64,000 nt of DNA from the IMG/VR virus record IMGVR_UViG_3300021060_000011, positions 1 through 64,000 of that record; one strand, given 5' to 3'. The position numbers and the translations under genes were made by a program. Every line of letters starts with the position of its first letter. Positions within the stretch are counted from its first letter, which is position 1. The notes under the pieces were generated by a model that saw only the letters and a list, made by a program, of their open reading frames with translations, was not told the origin of the DNA and searched no databases. Source of the stretch: a virus (taxonomy: Duplodnaviria > Caudoviricetes). This document shows positions 36,800-45,784 of the stretch, in pieces.

Positions 36800-36947
36800 C
36801 ACGAGCGTTCCTTCGGTCCAAGGGCATAAGCGATGCCGTAGAGAAACACGCCGACCCAAAAGGCAGGCACCGGGTTCGTACTGATCCAGTTGAGAACGTC
36901 GATCATGCCGGCCCCCCATTCATCCAAGTCGGGTGCGTTTCCCAGTT

Positions 36948-37154
36948 TCACCTCTCGTCAGCATTCGCATACCGCTTCGGCGCGCCCTCGGGCTTGAGGC
37001 GGACGTGGATGCGGAAGCGTAGACGTTCAGACACTTCGCCAGCGCCGTTGCGCGAAGCTGCATCGGCCGCATCTCGCGTGAGGTGATAGTTTCGTCCGAT
37101 GGGGCCGGCACCAAAGTCGTATTGGTTGGTCCACCACTCTCTCATCTCACCCAT
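36948..37154 (-). CDS. hypothetical protein
   Basis: coupled ORF with SD. Confidence 0.55.
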   Translation of the reverse strand: MGEMREWWTNQYDFGAGPIGRNYHLTRDAADAASRNGAGEVSERLRFRIHVRLKPEGAPKRYANADER

Positions 37155-37380
37155 GGCTGTCCGCTCCTACCTTCGCGTCAGAAGAGGTTTCCGGCAGGGT
37201 GGCGAACCGACCACAACGGGTGCAGACTTCACCGACGTAGGTGTGGCGACGAAAGCCATCCAAGAGGTCGCCCGTCATTTTGGTGATGTTTTCGGGAAGT
37301 ATCGCCTCGCTAGTGCTGTATCGAGGCTCAAACGAACACCCGCCGATCCACTTATTCCGGCGCTCGCATACTTCGGTCAT
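37147..37380 (-). CDS. small zinc-binding hypothetical protein
   Basis: C.F.PRY...CTRCG. Confidence 0.6.
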   Translation of the reverse strand: MTEVCERRNKWIGGCSFEPRYSTSEAILPENITKMTGDLLDGFRRHTYVGEVCTRCGRFATLPETSSDAKVGADSHG

Positions 37381-38087
37381 TGCTCCGCTCCTACCTTCGC
37401 CTTACGGGCGGCTTCTGAGGCGGCGAGACGTTCGGCGAGCGCCTTGTTCTCGGCGGCGCGCTCAACGGCAGCGGCCTGCCCCTCGACCTCGCGGGCATCA
37501 CGCATCTTGGCGGCGCGCGCAGTCTCGGCCACGAACTCGTCGTAGCGCCGTGCGACCTCGGCCCGTTCCTCGTCAGTGGGGAGCGTGTAGACCTCGGCGT
37601 CGAGCACAGCGTTGATCTTGGCGCGCTCTTCCTGCGCTGCAGCGAGGAACGAACGGCACACCGCCGCGATCTCACCCGGCTTCGGTGCGTGGATGCCCTG
37701 CCCGCTCGTGCCGTCAAGGAACTGCATGCAGGCCCGCTCGACAGCCCAAGCCGGAAACTTCGTCAACACGGCGAGGTAGGCTTGCCGTTGAAGCTTCTGC
37801 GTCTCCAAATCGACTGTAGGGGCCGCCATGACGCTTCGGAGCATTCCGACCGACCGTCGCACCACCGCGGCGTCGCAGCCCGCCAGAGCCCCGTCCAGGG
37901 CGTTTCTACGGCCTATCAGAAGCGCACGTTGCTCCTCGCTCGGCTCATAGGCCGCCGACAAGGCGCAACGGCGGAAGTTGCCGGGGATCGTTTCCAGCAG
38001 ATTGTGGAGCATCCCGGTAAGGTCGGCCGTCCGCCTGTCGGCCGGCGCGATCCCAGTTCCGGTGGTGGTCGTGAGAGCCGTGGTCAT
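37377..38087 (-). CDS. replication accessory protein (follows initiator)
   Basis: Y...L..FPAWAV..AC...P.PGE motif typical of the gene after DUF1376 initiators. Confidence 0.6.
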   Translation of the reverse strand: MTTALTTTTGTGIAPADRRTADLTGMLHNLLETIPGNFRRCALSAAYEPSEEQRALLIGRRNALDGALAGCDAAVVRRSVGMLRSVMAAPTVDLETQKLQRQAYLAVLTKFPAWAVERACMQFLDGTSGQGIHAPKPGEIAAVCRSFLAAAQEERAKINAVLDAEVYTLPTDEERAEVARRYDEFVAETARAAKMRDAREVEGQAAAVERAAENKALAERLAASEAARKAKVGAEQ

Positions 38088-38904
38088 CGTGGCCTCCCTG
38101 CATTTCGGTGTTCGCGTCTAGGGCGTCAGCGGCCCAGAAATCAGCGGCGGGTGGACGGCCAGTCGGCGTCCTCCGTTTCGCATCGCCTGGCGGCGCAGGC
38201 TGATCGGCCCAACGTCCTTGGTTCAGCCACACCGCGGGGCCGACCCAGTCGTAGTGCTCGGGCTTCGTCGCGATGTACCGGCGCAGCCCGTCCATCAGCT
38301 CGGCGAAGGTGGCGAGCTTCTGTTTCCGAACTCGGTTGAAGGATTTTTCGGCCGCAGGCTTGGCAACCTTGTTCGGCTGGACGCCCCACCAGATGTCGAA
38401 CGCACCCTCGGGGAAACCGTCATCAACCAAAAGAGGAAGAGGCGTAGCCTCTTTCTCTACTGTCTTGTCTAGTCTTCTCTCGTCTTTTAGGCTTGAAACG
38501 TCATTAAGCGCCGCTTGACCCGCATCGTTATTTTCCAATGGGTTAGAGGTGCGGCCGCTCTCGTTTTTCCCAGCTTTCTCACGAAAAGCGCGGGTTTTTC
38601 CGCCTTTTCCAGCGTTTTCTCGGTTTTTCTCAACAAAACGCAGCTCTACGGCGGCGCGAGCGTTGCAGATCCGGCCATCGTGCATGGTCAATTTGCCGGC
38701 CGCCAGAAGCTCGGCGAGGGCCTTCGTGAAAGCCTTCACGGTCATGTTGCAGCGACCGGCGATGCCCCGGTCGTTCGGGGTGATCGGGCCTTCGTTCAGC
38801 ATGATGAGCTGAACGACGACGTGGTAGGCGCGATAAGCCGCGTCGCTGAGGTTCTCGGTCCCGTCCATCCACGCGGGGATGTCGTGCTTGTAAAAGCCAA
38901 CCAT
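37945..38904 (-). CDS. phage replication initiator, YdaU/DUF1376 family
   Basis: FYKHDI..W...T..LS...Y, C-terminal F..WW...P.KV.K..A.K.F...WLNQGRW.D. Confidence 0.8.
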   Translation of the reverse strand: MVGFYKHDIPAWMDGTENLSDAAYRAYHVVVQLIMLNEGPITPNDRGIAGRCNMTVKAFTKALAELLAAGKLTMHDGRICNARAAVELRFVEKNRENAGKGGKTRAFREKAGKNESGRTSNPLENNDAGQAALNDVSSLKDERRLDKTVEKEATPLPLLVDDGFPEGAFDIWWGVQPNKVAKPAAEKSFNRVRKQKLATFAELMDGLRRYIATKPEHYDWVGPAVWLNQGRWADQPAPPGDAKRRTPTGRPPAADFWAADALDANTEMQGGHDDHGSHDHHRNWDRAGRQADGRPYRDAPQSAGNDPRQLPPLRLVGGL

Positions 38905-39491
38905 CAGCCACGCTCCATGAACTCAAGGATTTCGTCAGCGCAGCCAGCGGGGTCGCTCCAGATCTCTGACCCCGTGAAGCGGAGAATTGGGAGACCCTCC
39001 AACTGAGCGACGCGATCTCGGGAGCGGTCTCGCGCAGCTTGCTCCTTGGTCCGCTCGTGATACGCATGGCCGTCGCACTCAACGATGAGACGCCGAAGGA
39101 TCGGGTAGCCATTCTCATCGTGGCCGCCGGCATCAGCGGGGTAGTGCAAAACGAAATCGACACGCCAGCCGGCAATCTGCACCTGCTTTTCGATGAAAGC
39201 CGTCATGCCGATGCGACCCATGATGCTTTCGCCGTTATGCGCCTTCTCAAGCGGGTAATCCCTGCCGCCAGGCAGACACCCTTTACCGAACCGTGAGACG
39301 GCGACGATGCAGCGGTTCTCCCGGTGCGCGCAGATGACGAGTGCCGCGTACAGAAGGTGCTCGATAGGACTCTCGCCCCACGGCTGATCGCGGACCATCA
39401 TCACATGACGATAAGCAAGCTCAGCCTCTTCCTGCGCAAGGAGATCAAAACCGCCGAGCCGACCCGTGCGGCGCTTGTCGTTGTCGCTCAT
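38904..39491 (-). CDS. DUF559/Vsr-like endonuclease
   Basis: ESPIE, Q......RVDF, IVECDGH.YH......RD..RDR.....G..ILRFTGSEI. Confidence 0.85.
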   Translation of the reverse strand: MSDNDKRRTGRLGGFDLLAQEEAELAYRHVMMVRDQPWGESPIEHLLYAALVICAHRENRCIVAVSRFGKGCLPGGRDYPLEKAHNGESIMGRIGMTAFIEKQVQIAGWRVDFVLHYPADAGGHDENGYPILRRLIVECDGHAYHERTKEQAARDRSRDRVAQLEGLPILRFTGSEIWSDPAGCADEILEFMERG

Positions 39492-39724
39492 CGCCCGATA
39501 GCCTGTGAGACAGAGTTGATGTGAGCCTGCATGGGTTCCGGAAGGGCCTGGAGGGCACGCAGAGCGGCGGGGACACGGGTCTCGTCTCTCATGGCAGCGA
39601 AGACCGCGTTGCAGGCGTCTTGAGCCTCCAGAGGGCAGACAGCGCGAATGTCGTTGAGGCTGGAGACGCGGCGCTCCCATGGGCGGCGGGCGTCGAAGGC
39701 GGGATGATCGCGGAAGGGGGTCAT
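39488..39724 (-). CDS. hypothetical protein
   Basis: ATGA overlaps both ends. Confidence 0.55.
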   Translation of the reverse strand: MTPFRDHPAFDARRPWERRVSSLNDIRAVCPLEAQDACNAVFAAMRDETRVPAALRALQALPEPMQAHINSVSQAIGR

Positions 39725-40590
39725 GCGGCTTCCCTCTTGGCGAGAGAGGCAAGAATTGCGTGGCCGATCAGCTCTGGGATTTGCGGGACGACCGCGTTGC
39801 CAAGTCCCCGCAATCGGTCCACCCGATTGGGAACCCCATGAGCCACTCGACCCACGTCGGGTTCAGTGCTCCACTCCCCGTCTCCGACCTCACTGCGTCC
39901 GGCAAACTGTCGGGTAAGCGGCCGGCTTCTCTCCGTGCCTTCGACAAGGTGGACATTTTCACCCCATCCGAGGCCAGCGGAGTAGGCCACAGGCGCACTT
40001 GCATCGCCAAGCCGATCTCCCGACCGGCGGCCAACCTGCGACGGATCGCCGGCAACTGAGCGTCCAATTTGTCCCCGTCCGTTGCGAGTGGCGTATGCCA
40101 CAAGCCAAAGGCGGTCCCTGCGGTGAGGGGCACCAACGGCAGAAGCTGGTATGCAATGCCACTCAGCATCATACCCGAACGCGGCCAATTCCCCGAGAAC
40201 TCGGTCAAGCCCGCGATTAAGCAGTGCTGAGACGTTTTCCACGAGTAGGAAGGCAGGTCGAATTTCGCCAACAAGACGGGCGATTTCAGACCATAGGCCC
40301 GAGCGCGTTCCTTCGGCGATCCCCGCTCCTGCACCGGCAAAACTGATGTCTTGGCAGGGAAAGCCTCCGCAGATGACATCCACGCAAATCCCATCTGCGC
40401 GGAGACGTTCGGCGGTGAGGGTTCGCACGTCTTCATAGCAGGGCACCTCAGGCCAGTGCTTCGCCAGCACACGACGGGGGAAGGGTTCGATCTCGCAGAA
40501 GGCGACGGTCTCAAAACCGCCGGTCCGCTCAAGGCCGAGGCTGAAGCCGCCGATGCCGCTGAAAAGGTCGAGGACGCGCAGCTTGCTCAC
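39721..40590 (-). CDS. DNA (cytosine-5) methyltransferase, alpha subunit (motifs I-VIII and X)
   Basis: LDLFSGIGG, GGFPCQD, ENV, PHRRDR, LGNAVVP; lacks motif IX. Confidence 0.92.
   Translation of the reverse strand: MSKLRVLDLFSGIGGFSLGLERTGGFETVAFCEIEPFPRRVLAKHWPEVPCYEDVRTLTAERLRADGICVDVICGGFPCQDISFAGAGAGIAEGTRSGLWSEIARLVGEIRPAFLLVENVSALLNRGLDRVLGELAAFGYDAEWHCIPASAVGAPHRRDRLWLVAYATRNGRGQIGRSVAGDPSQVGRRSGDRLGDASAPVAYSAGLGWGENVHLVEGTERSRPLTRQFAGRSEVGDGEWSTEPDVGRVAHGVPNRVDRLRGLGNAVVPQIPELIGHAILASLAKREAA
39768..40436 (-). CDS. overlapping out-of-frame C5-MTase beta subunit (TRD + motif IX)
   Basis: WPRSGMM, LW.TP repeats, LNPTWVEWLMGFPIGWTD; GAGGT SD before ATG 40436. Confidence 0.7.
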   Translation of the reverse strand: MKTCEPSPPNVSAQMGFAWMSSAEAFPAKTSVLPVQERGSPKERARAYGLKSPVLLAKFDLPSYSWKTSQHCLIAGLTEFSGNWPRSGMMLSGIAYQLLPLVPLTAGTAFGLWHTPLATDGDKLDAQLPAIRRRLAAGREIGLAMQVRLWPTPLASDGVKMSTLSKARREAGRLPDSLPDAVRSETGSGALNPTWVEWLMGFPIGWTDCGDLATRSSRKSQS

Positions 40591-40733
40591 AGGCGCCCTT
40601 CCGGGATTTGAGCGAGGGCTTTCGGAAGACGGCGCAGTGCTTCCGCCAGTGCAGCCACAAGGGTCTCCGGATCGGCATCCCAAGTGATGTCAGCGATGTC
40701 CTGGAGGGTGTCGCGGATCTCGTCTTCGGTCAT
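40587..40733 (-). CDS. 48-aa hypothetical protein
   Basis: MTEDEIRDTLQDIAD...; overlaps both neighbours; not in ORF track. Confidence 0.5.
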   Translation of the reverse strand: MTEDEIRDTLQDIADITWDADPETLVAALAEALRRLPKALAQIPEGRL

Positions 40734-41134
40734 GCGGATGTAGCCTCCGTTTTGCGGGCACGCTTCGGCTTCGGCTCAATGCGGGGGATGAGATCGGCTG
40801 CGGTCACGGTGACGACGGCGCCTTGGACGCCAGTAGCCCAAGCGAGATCAATGGCCTGACAATCGCTGTCGTTGCGCACGGCGCCACAGGACTGAAGGAG
40901 GTCGTTGACGGGTTTCAGGTAGTTGTCGAGATCGAGGCGCCGGCCAGTCATGCAGCCGACCCGAAGCGACAGCGCGTAGGGACCGTCGATACGCTTCCCG
41001 GCGGCAGCCACGTTCAGGATCAGGCCGGCGCTCGCCTTCCATGCCTCATAGGCCGGAGCGATGTGAACCCGGTTCCTGGCCTTGCGCCACATGCGGTTGG
41101 CTGAAGGAGGCAAGGGGAGTGTGGCGCAGATCAT
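40730..41134 (-). CDS. rusA: RusA family Holliday junction resolvase
   Basis: LPLPPSAN.MWR, RR.DLDNYLK...DLL......ND. Confidence 0.88.
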   Translation of the reverse strand: MICATLPLPPSANRMWRKARNRVHIAPAYEAWKASAGLILNVAAAGKRIDGPYALSLRVGCMTGRRLDLDNYLKPVNDLLQSCGAVRNDSDCQAIDLAWATGVQGAVVTVTAADLIPRIEPKPKRARKTEATSA

Positions 41135-41607
41135 GGTGCCCCTCCCACTTCCTCGCGGGCGGCTACGGGCTCGTCAGGCTGATCCTGATACTTGCCGCGA
41201 TAGACGGCCTCGACAGGCGCGGCGAGTTGGTGGAAGAGCACTTGAGCAATCGGGTCGCCAGCCGCGATGAACAGCGTCTCGCTACCCTGGTTGGCTAGCT
41301 CAACGGTTAGCCATCCGGCCCAGCCGGCTTCAATCACCGTATTGTAGACCGACAACCCACGCCGCGCCCACGTGCTCTTGTCGTGCACGATGCCAATGAC
41401 ATCGTTCGGCATGATGAACCGCTCGACGGTCGAGACAAGAGCAAACCCGTGCGGCGGCAACACAACCTGTTGCTTGCATCGAACGTCGTAGCCAGCGCCG
41501 GATAGACCGAACGACATACCATGCTGAACCGTGCGCTCAACGAACGGCTCGACAATGTGCTGGCCGTCCGTGCGGATCGCGCGAAGCATGTGATCGGGGA
41601 GGATCAT
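41131..41607 (-). CDS. dcd: dCTP deaminase (dUTPase superfamily)
   Basis: GLS.AGYDVR, KSTWARRG, NTVIEAGW.G.LTVEL.N, IAQV.F, Y.GKYQDQ. Confidence 0.88.
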   Translation of the reverse strand: MILPDHMLRAIRTDGQHIVEPFVERTVQHGMSFGLSGAGYDVRCKQQVVLPPHGFALVSTVERFIMPNDVIGIVHDKSTWARRGLSVYNTVIEAGWAGWLTVELANQGSETLFIAAGDPIAQVLFHQLAAPVEAVYRGKYQDQPDEPVAAREEVGGAP

Positions 41608-41798
41608 TCCGCATCCTGAATGCTGAGACGAGGGAGGGTGACGGGTGCGCGCTCGGTCTGCGCCTCGTAGGACGCGACCTGATGGGCGATGCGCTGCCGG
41701 CGGCGGCTCTTTGCGGCGATCCGCTCGCGCTCGGCCAACGAAACCTTGTCTTGGCCGAACCGCTTCTTGTTCGGGTTCGTAGGCGTAAAGGCGGTCAC
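41604..41798 (-). CDS. hypothetical protein
   Basis: ends VTLPRLSI; coupled. Confidence 0.55.
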   Translation of the reverse strand: MTAFTPTNPNKKRFGQDKVSLAERERIAAKSRRRQRIAHQVASYEAQTERAPVTLPRLSIQDAE

Positions 41799-42211
41799 TT
41801 CGCGCTTCCCGCCTGCATCGCGGCGTGAAGCGCCTGCGCGGACGCTAGGACCGCTTGGACCTGACCCACCAGCTTCGGATCTTCAGGACCACGAAGCTGA
41901 CGAACCATTTCCAACTTGGCGTTGAGCGCGGCAATTTCGTTCTCCAAGTCCTGAATGGCATAGGCTGCGAGTTGGTCGCGGATACCCTGATCCAACTTCT
42001 TCAGGCGATCACGAGCAAGGTTGTAGAGCGTGCCGGGCGCGAGCCCGACCTTGCTTGCCAGACGGGCGCGCGCCGTCTGTCTTCCTGTCCCAAGGCGACG
42101 CTGAAGACGCTCCTCGCAATCCTCGGCGACCGTTCGCCAAGCCCCCATTGAATACGACGCGTTCACGCGACGGCTCCTTGGATGAGATGTCCCATTTTTG
42201 TGGATGCGCAT
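41795..42211 (-). CDS. HTH-containing regulator (CII-like position)
   Basis: AR..LASKVGLAPGTL.NL.R.R.K. Confidence 0.6.
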   Translation of the reverse strand: MRIHKNGTSHPRSRRVNASYSMGAWRTVAEDCEERLQRRLGTGRQTARARLASKVGLAPGTLYNLARDRLKKLDQGIRDQLAAYAIQDLENEIAALNAKLEMVRQLRGPEDPKLVGQVQAVLASAQALHAAMQAGSAK

Positions 42212-42476
42212 GACACCGGCTCCATGGTCGATTGGTCCTCGACCGAGGGAGACGTGACGCCGTGTCGAACAGAAAGGATCTCAGACGCGGTACGCTGGAA
42301 CTTGAAGAGATCACCGCCGACGCTTCGTGGTTGGAGCACGTCGAGCGGGTACGAGAGAGCGGGCGACGCTACCGGCCGGCAAGCCATGGCAATCGCCCGT
42401 CGTTGACGGAGCGACCGACCGCACCCGGCAAGGTGCGGCGGACGCCCGAACAGTTGAAACTGGATCTTCGGGCCGC

Positions 42477-43250
42477 TCATTTGGCGGTCCTCTCCGGCCA
42501 ATTGAGCTTCCACAAAAGCCGCGCGATCTTGAGCGCGGGCGAGGTCGGGTCGATCTCAAGCGCCTTGATGGCCCGATCAACCCGCCTCACCCCATAGAGG
42601 CAACTCGTGTGGTCGAAGCCGCCCAACTCGCGCGCCATCGTCAGGTATGACACGGCGGGGATTTCACGGCGGATCAGCCAGAACAGAATATGCCGGGCGC
42701 GGCCGAGCCGGGTTGATCCCTTGTGGTGATGCGCTGCCGGCCTGCCGAGCTGTATCCAGCTCAGTTTTGTGACGTCCTCAACGAGACGGACGATGTGGTC
42801 GATCGACTTGCGTGGGCGAGCACGCTCCCGAAGCGTCCGCGAGATGAGCGTCCGCGACACGCCATGACAAAGCCCGAAGTGCCGATCGATATCCGCAAAG
42901 GAATATCCCGCTTGGAAACGCTTCATCATTGCTTCTCTTGGAAGCGTCGGGGTGTGGCGTCCGATCTTGAAGCCGCTCGGCGGTGGCGGGATATCGTTCG
43001 CGTAGCGACTAACCGTGTGCCGGTCGCACCCAAGCTCTTTAGCGATGTCGCGATACGATCCCCCTGCGGCCCGCTTCTCCCGCATTTTCGCAATCAGGGG
43101 ACGCGTGGCCCGAAAAGTGATCTTGCGCTTTGGCTTGATCTCGGGGGCGGGAAGCGCGACTGGCGCCCAAACCCGCTTGTTGATGGCGGCATAGTGCGCC
43201 AGCAAATCACAGGGATTATCAAAGTTTTTCACAGGCAGCGGAGCGACCAT
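42477..43250 (-). CDS. HTH protein with C-terminal DnaA domain IV (Bac_DnaA_C)-like region
   Basis: GSYRDIAKELGCDRHTV; ARH...W..R.....SY..MARELGGFDHTS.LYGVRR. Confidence 0.75.
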   Translation of the reverse strand: MVAPLPVKNFDNPCDLLAHYAAINKRVWAPVALPAPEIKPKRKITFRATRPLIAKMREKRAAGGSYRDIAKELGCDRHTVSRYANDIPPPPSGFKIGRHTPTLPREAMMKRFQAGYSFADIDRHFGLCHGVSRTLISRTLRERARPRKSIDHIVRLVEDVTKLSWIQLGRPAAHHHKGSTRLGRARHILFWLIRREIPAVSYLTMARELGGFDHTSCLYGVRRVDRAIKALEIDPTSPALKIARLLWKLNWPERTAK

Positions 43251-43253
43251 GAC

Positions 43254-43562
43254 CTAAGCCCCCATCTGGAGGGCTTCGGCCTTGGCGGCGCGCGCCAACC
43301 GAGCCGCGTGGATATCCCCGTAGAGCCGGCAGTTGTCGAAGTAGTCGGCGCGGAGATCGCTAGGAACCCAAGGCGGAATGCGAGGGCTTCTTGCCTGAGG
43401 CGACAGCGATCCACGTGTATCGACCACCACACCTTCGGCCAGCATCCGCTGAACCGCAGATCGGCTGATGCCAGCCTCTTCGCCGATGACGCGGAGGATC
43501 TTCCCTTGATCCAGGCCCGTCTGGACGGCTTGGATAATCTCTTGCGAGCGTGGAGCGGCCAT
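43254..43562 (-). CDS. small HTH protein
   Basis: IGEEAGISRSAVQR; PPWVP.DL. Confidence 0.55.
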   Translation of the reverse strand: MAAPRSQEIIQAVQTGLDQGKILRVIGEEAGISRSAVQRMLAEGVVVDTRGSLSPQARSPRIPPWVPSDLRADYFDNCRLYGDIHAARLARAAKAEALQMGA

Positions 43563-43811
43563 CGTTCAGCCCCACACCAGAGCGCGGGCAACGCCGCCGA
43601 TGTAGGCCCACGGCGCGGCCACGAGGGCGATCACGCCCGCACGGAGGAAGCAGTCCTCGGCAGAAGCATACTCAAACGCGGGCGCCTCAACCTCGAAAGC
43701 GACGGCCGACCAGTCAGACAGCCGGCCGTCAAAGTCAGGGAGGACGCCCGTGAGGGCCTCGGGAGCGCCGTAGCGCGAAGGGAAATGAGTGGTCGTGCCA
43801 GCGGACTGCAT

Positions 43812-44183
43812 CTAGCCGGTTCCTTCAATGTGCGTGGAACGGACGCGAGCCCAATCAATCGGCTCGTCAGACTTGGCACGGTCGCTGCTACGCGCCTGCA
43901 CGTGCACGGGATCGTTGGCTTCGATCTCAGCAGCTTCGTCGGCCATGCCCAGCGTGCTCAGGTACAGGGCGACCAACGAATTATGCTCGGCACGCTTGGC
44001 CGGGTCTTTGCGGCGGATACCGAGAACGGACTTGATCGCGGCCACGTCGAAGCCGTTGCCCTTCGCCTCCGCGAAAAGCTCCTTCTTGTCAGTGTTCAGA
44101 CCAGCGATCTCTTCATCAAGGCGCTCGGCGCGCTCAATGTAGCTTCGGAGCTGACCGGCGGAATTGCTCGCCGCGTCGCTCAT
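43812..44183 (-). CDS. gapR: GapR / DUF2312 nucleoid-associated protein
   Basis: QLRSYIER.ERL.EE......D.KE.FAEAKGNGFD.....R..D...R.E.....LY..LGM. Confidence 0.9.
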   Translation of the reverse strand: MSDAASNSAGQLRSYIERAERLDEEIAGLNTDKKELFAEAKGNGFDVAAIKSVLGIRRKDPAKRAEHNSLVALYLSTLGMADEAAEIEANDPVHVQARSSDRAKSDEPIDWARVRSTHIEGTG

Positions 44184-44593
44184 GCAGAAGCACCAGCCAT
44201 GTACGCAGCAACAACGGCTTTGCGGACGTGCGCAGGGCGCTTACCCTTGCCGGCAGCAATGATTTCAGGCGCATTGTTACGCGTCCAGTTCCAGGCATTC
44301 GTCTCGCTGCCGACGAAGCCCTCAACGGACGACCACGCGTCAGCCACATCCCGCCAAGTACCACCAGCGGCGCGAACCTTCTTGGTCAGGGATGCACGAT
44401 GAGAAAAGTCGCTCCACCGGGTTCCGGCCGGGCTCGTGATCCCCGCCTCTTTCGCCCACTTTCCGACCGTATTTTTGCTGACGCCGGTCTGTTCAGCGGT
44501 CTGATTGAACGAGTAGCCGGAGCGGACAAGCTCAAGAACTTCCTTCTGCTGACGGACGCGGCGCATCAACGAGGTTTCGACAAGCTTCGACAT
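44180..44593 (-). CDS. HTH protein
   Basis: GYSFNQTAEQTGVSKNTV.KW. Confidence 0.7.
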   Translation of the reverse strand: MSKLVETSLMRRVRQQKEVLELVRSGYSFNQTAEQTGVSKNTVGKWAKEAGITSPAGTRWSDFSHRASLTKKVRAAGGTWRDVADAWSSVEGFVGSETNAWNWTRNNAPEIIAAGKGKRPAHVRKAVVAAYMAGASA

Positions 44594-44595
44594 GC

Positions 44596-44865
44596 TCAGG
44601 CTCCGGATAGAGTGACAGTATTGGGAAGGTCGGCATCACGGCAGGGGCGCGCTAATTGGTTCGGGCGCGCAGCATGAGCAGCCACCAACTCGGCGTAGGT
44701 GATCGCCTTGCCCTTCGGCTTCGCCGCCATCAGAGCTGGCCAGTACCGAACCGGGATCGAGCCGCGCCGCTTCATGGCGGCGGCATGCTCAGTCGGCTTT
44801 CCAATCGCCCGACCCACGTTGGCCGGACCGTCGAAACGCTCAAAGATGGCTGAAACCGTGCTCAT
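44596..44865 (-). CDS. cro: Cro-like repressor
   Basis: I...F.G...V..AIG......M..RGSIP..YW; divergent from cI. Confidence 0.85.
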   Translation of the reverse strand: MSTVSAIFERFDGPANVGRAIGKPTEHAAAMKRRGSIPVRYWPALMAAKPKGKAITYAELVAAHAARPNQLARPCRDADLPNTVTLSGA

Positions 44866-44877
44866 GGGTTTGCACGC

Positions 44878-44916
44878 TACGAAACGTATCGCGTTCAGTC
44901 AAGACGAAACGTATCG
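44878..44916 (-). promoter_or_regulatory. OR operators flanking the pR -35 (TTGACT)
   Basis: minus strand CGATACGTTTCGTC-TTGACT-GAACG-CGATACGTTTCGTA; 25-bp period. Confidence 0.9.
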
Positions 44917-44938
44917 CGGAATATGTTTTCGAGATCGA

Positions 44939-45688
44939 ATGACCGAACCGAACGAGCGCCTACAAATTGCCAGATCGCGCGCTGGCTACGCCGACGCGAC
45001 GAGCGCCGCAAAAGCGTTCGGATGGAACGACGTCACCTATCGCGCGCATGAGTCCTCCGGCCGTGGAATTCGCAGGACGGTCGCGGAAAAGTACGCCAAG
45101 GCATTTAGAGTGAGTCCAGCTTGGCTCATGCATGGCGAGGGCGAAGGACCTTCGTCTGACCCAAGCTCGAAATCTGAAGTGCACCCATCGGACATGAAGG
45201 TAGCAGCAATTCGGGTTGCTGGCACAACAGAGGCTGGGGCATTCCGCGAGGTGGATCAGTACGACGACGCCGGTGACGGCGAGTACGTTTTTGATGAGCA
45301 GGACGCCGAATTTCCACGCGCTCGAATGATGGCTTTCGACGTGGCTGGCGACTCAATGAACGAGGCCGACCCACCGATCCTACCGGGCGCTAGAGTTGTT
45401 TGTGTGGACTTCGGAGATACCGGGCTCCCGCTGATTGATGGGATGCTCGTTGTCATTGAGCGCGTCCAAGACGGCGGCCATCGGCGGGAATGGTCTATCA
45501 AGGAGGTCGAGGCCCTTGAGGATCGCACCGTCTTCCATCCGCGTTCATCGAACAAGAAGCACAAGCCCATCGTCATGTGGGACGATCCTGACAGGGAGCC
45601 AGGCGAGAGCGCCGAGGTGATCGCGCTCGTGCGGAGCGTGATTTACGGCGTCGCAAGCGGCCGGCGTCGGAACCCAAGGAAACGCTAA
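44939..45688 (+). CDS. cI: CI-like repressor (XRE HTH + S24 peptidase)
   Basis: N-terminal HTH; AG cleavage-like site; V.GDSM and IKE catalytic Ser/Lys. Confidence 0.92.
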   Translation: MTEPNERLQIARSRAGYADATSAAKAFGWNDVTYRAHESSGRGIRRTVAEKYAKAFRVSPAWLMHGEGEGPSSDPSSKSEVHPSDMKVAAIRVAGTTEAGAFREVDQYDDAGDGEYVFDEQDAEFPRARMMAFDVAGDSMNEADPPILPGARVVCVDFGDTGLPLIDGMLVVIERVQDGGHRREWSIKEVEALEDRTVFHPRSSNKKHKPIVMWDDPDREPGESAEVIALVRSVIYGVASGRRRNPRKR

Positions 45689-45754
45689 CCTCAGCCGCCT
45701 AGCGCCCCGGTTATCCACTGTGTCTGCATTGCAACTCGACAAGCGCGGCAATGA

Positions 45755-45769
45755 GAACAGAATGAGAAC
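45755..45769 (+). promoter_or_regulatory. LexA (SOS) box, alphaproteobacterial type
   Basis: GAAC-AGAATGA-GAAC (GAAC-N7-GAAC) just upstream of 45785. Confidence 0.8.
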
Positions 45770-45784
45770 AAACGGGGGGGCATC

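Noticed and set aside
42723-44402. 559-aa + strand ORF, and similar long ORFs at 27187-28542, 28379-29617, 32928-34226 and 47996-49156
   Set aside because: Antisense shadows of well-supported genes in high-GC DNA; no motifs
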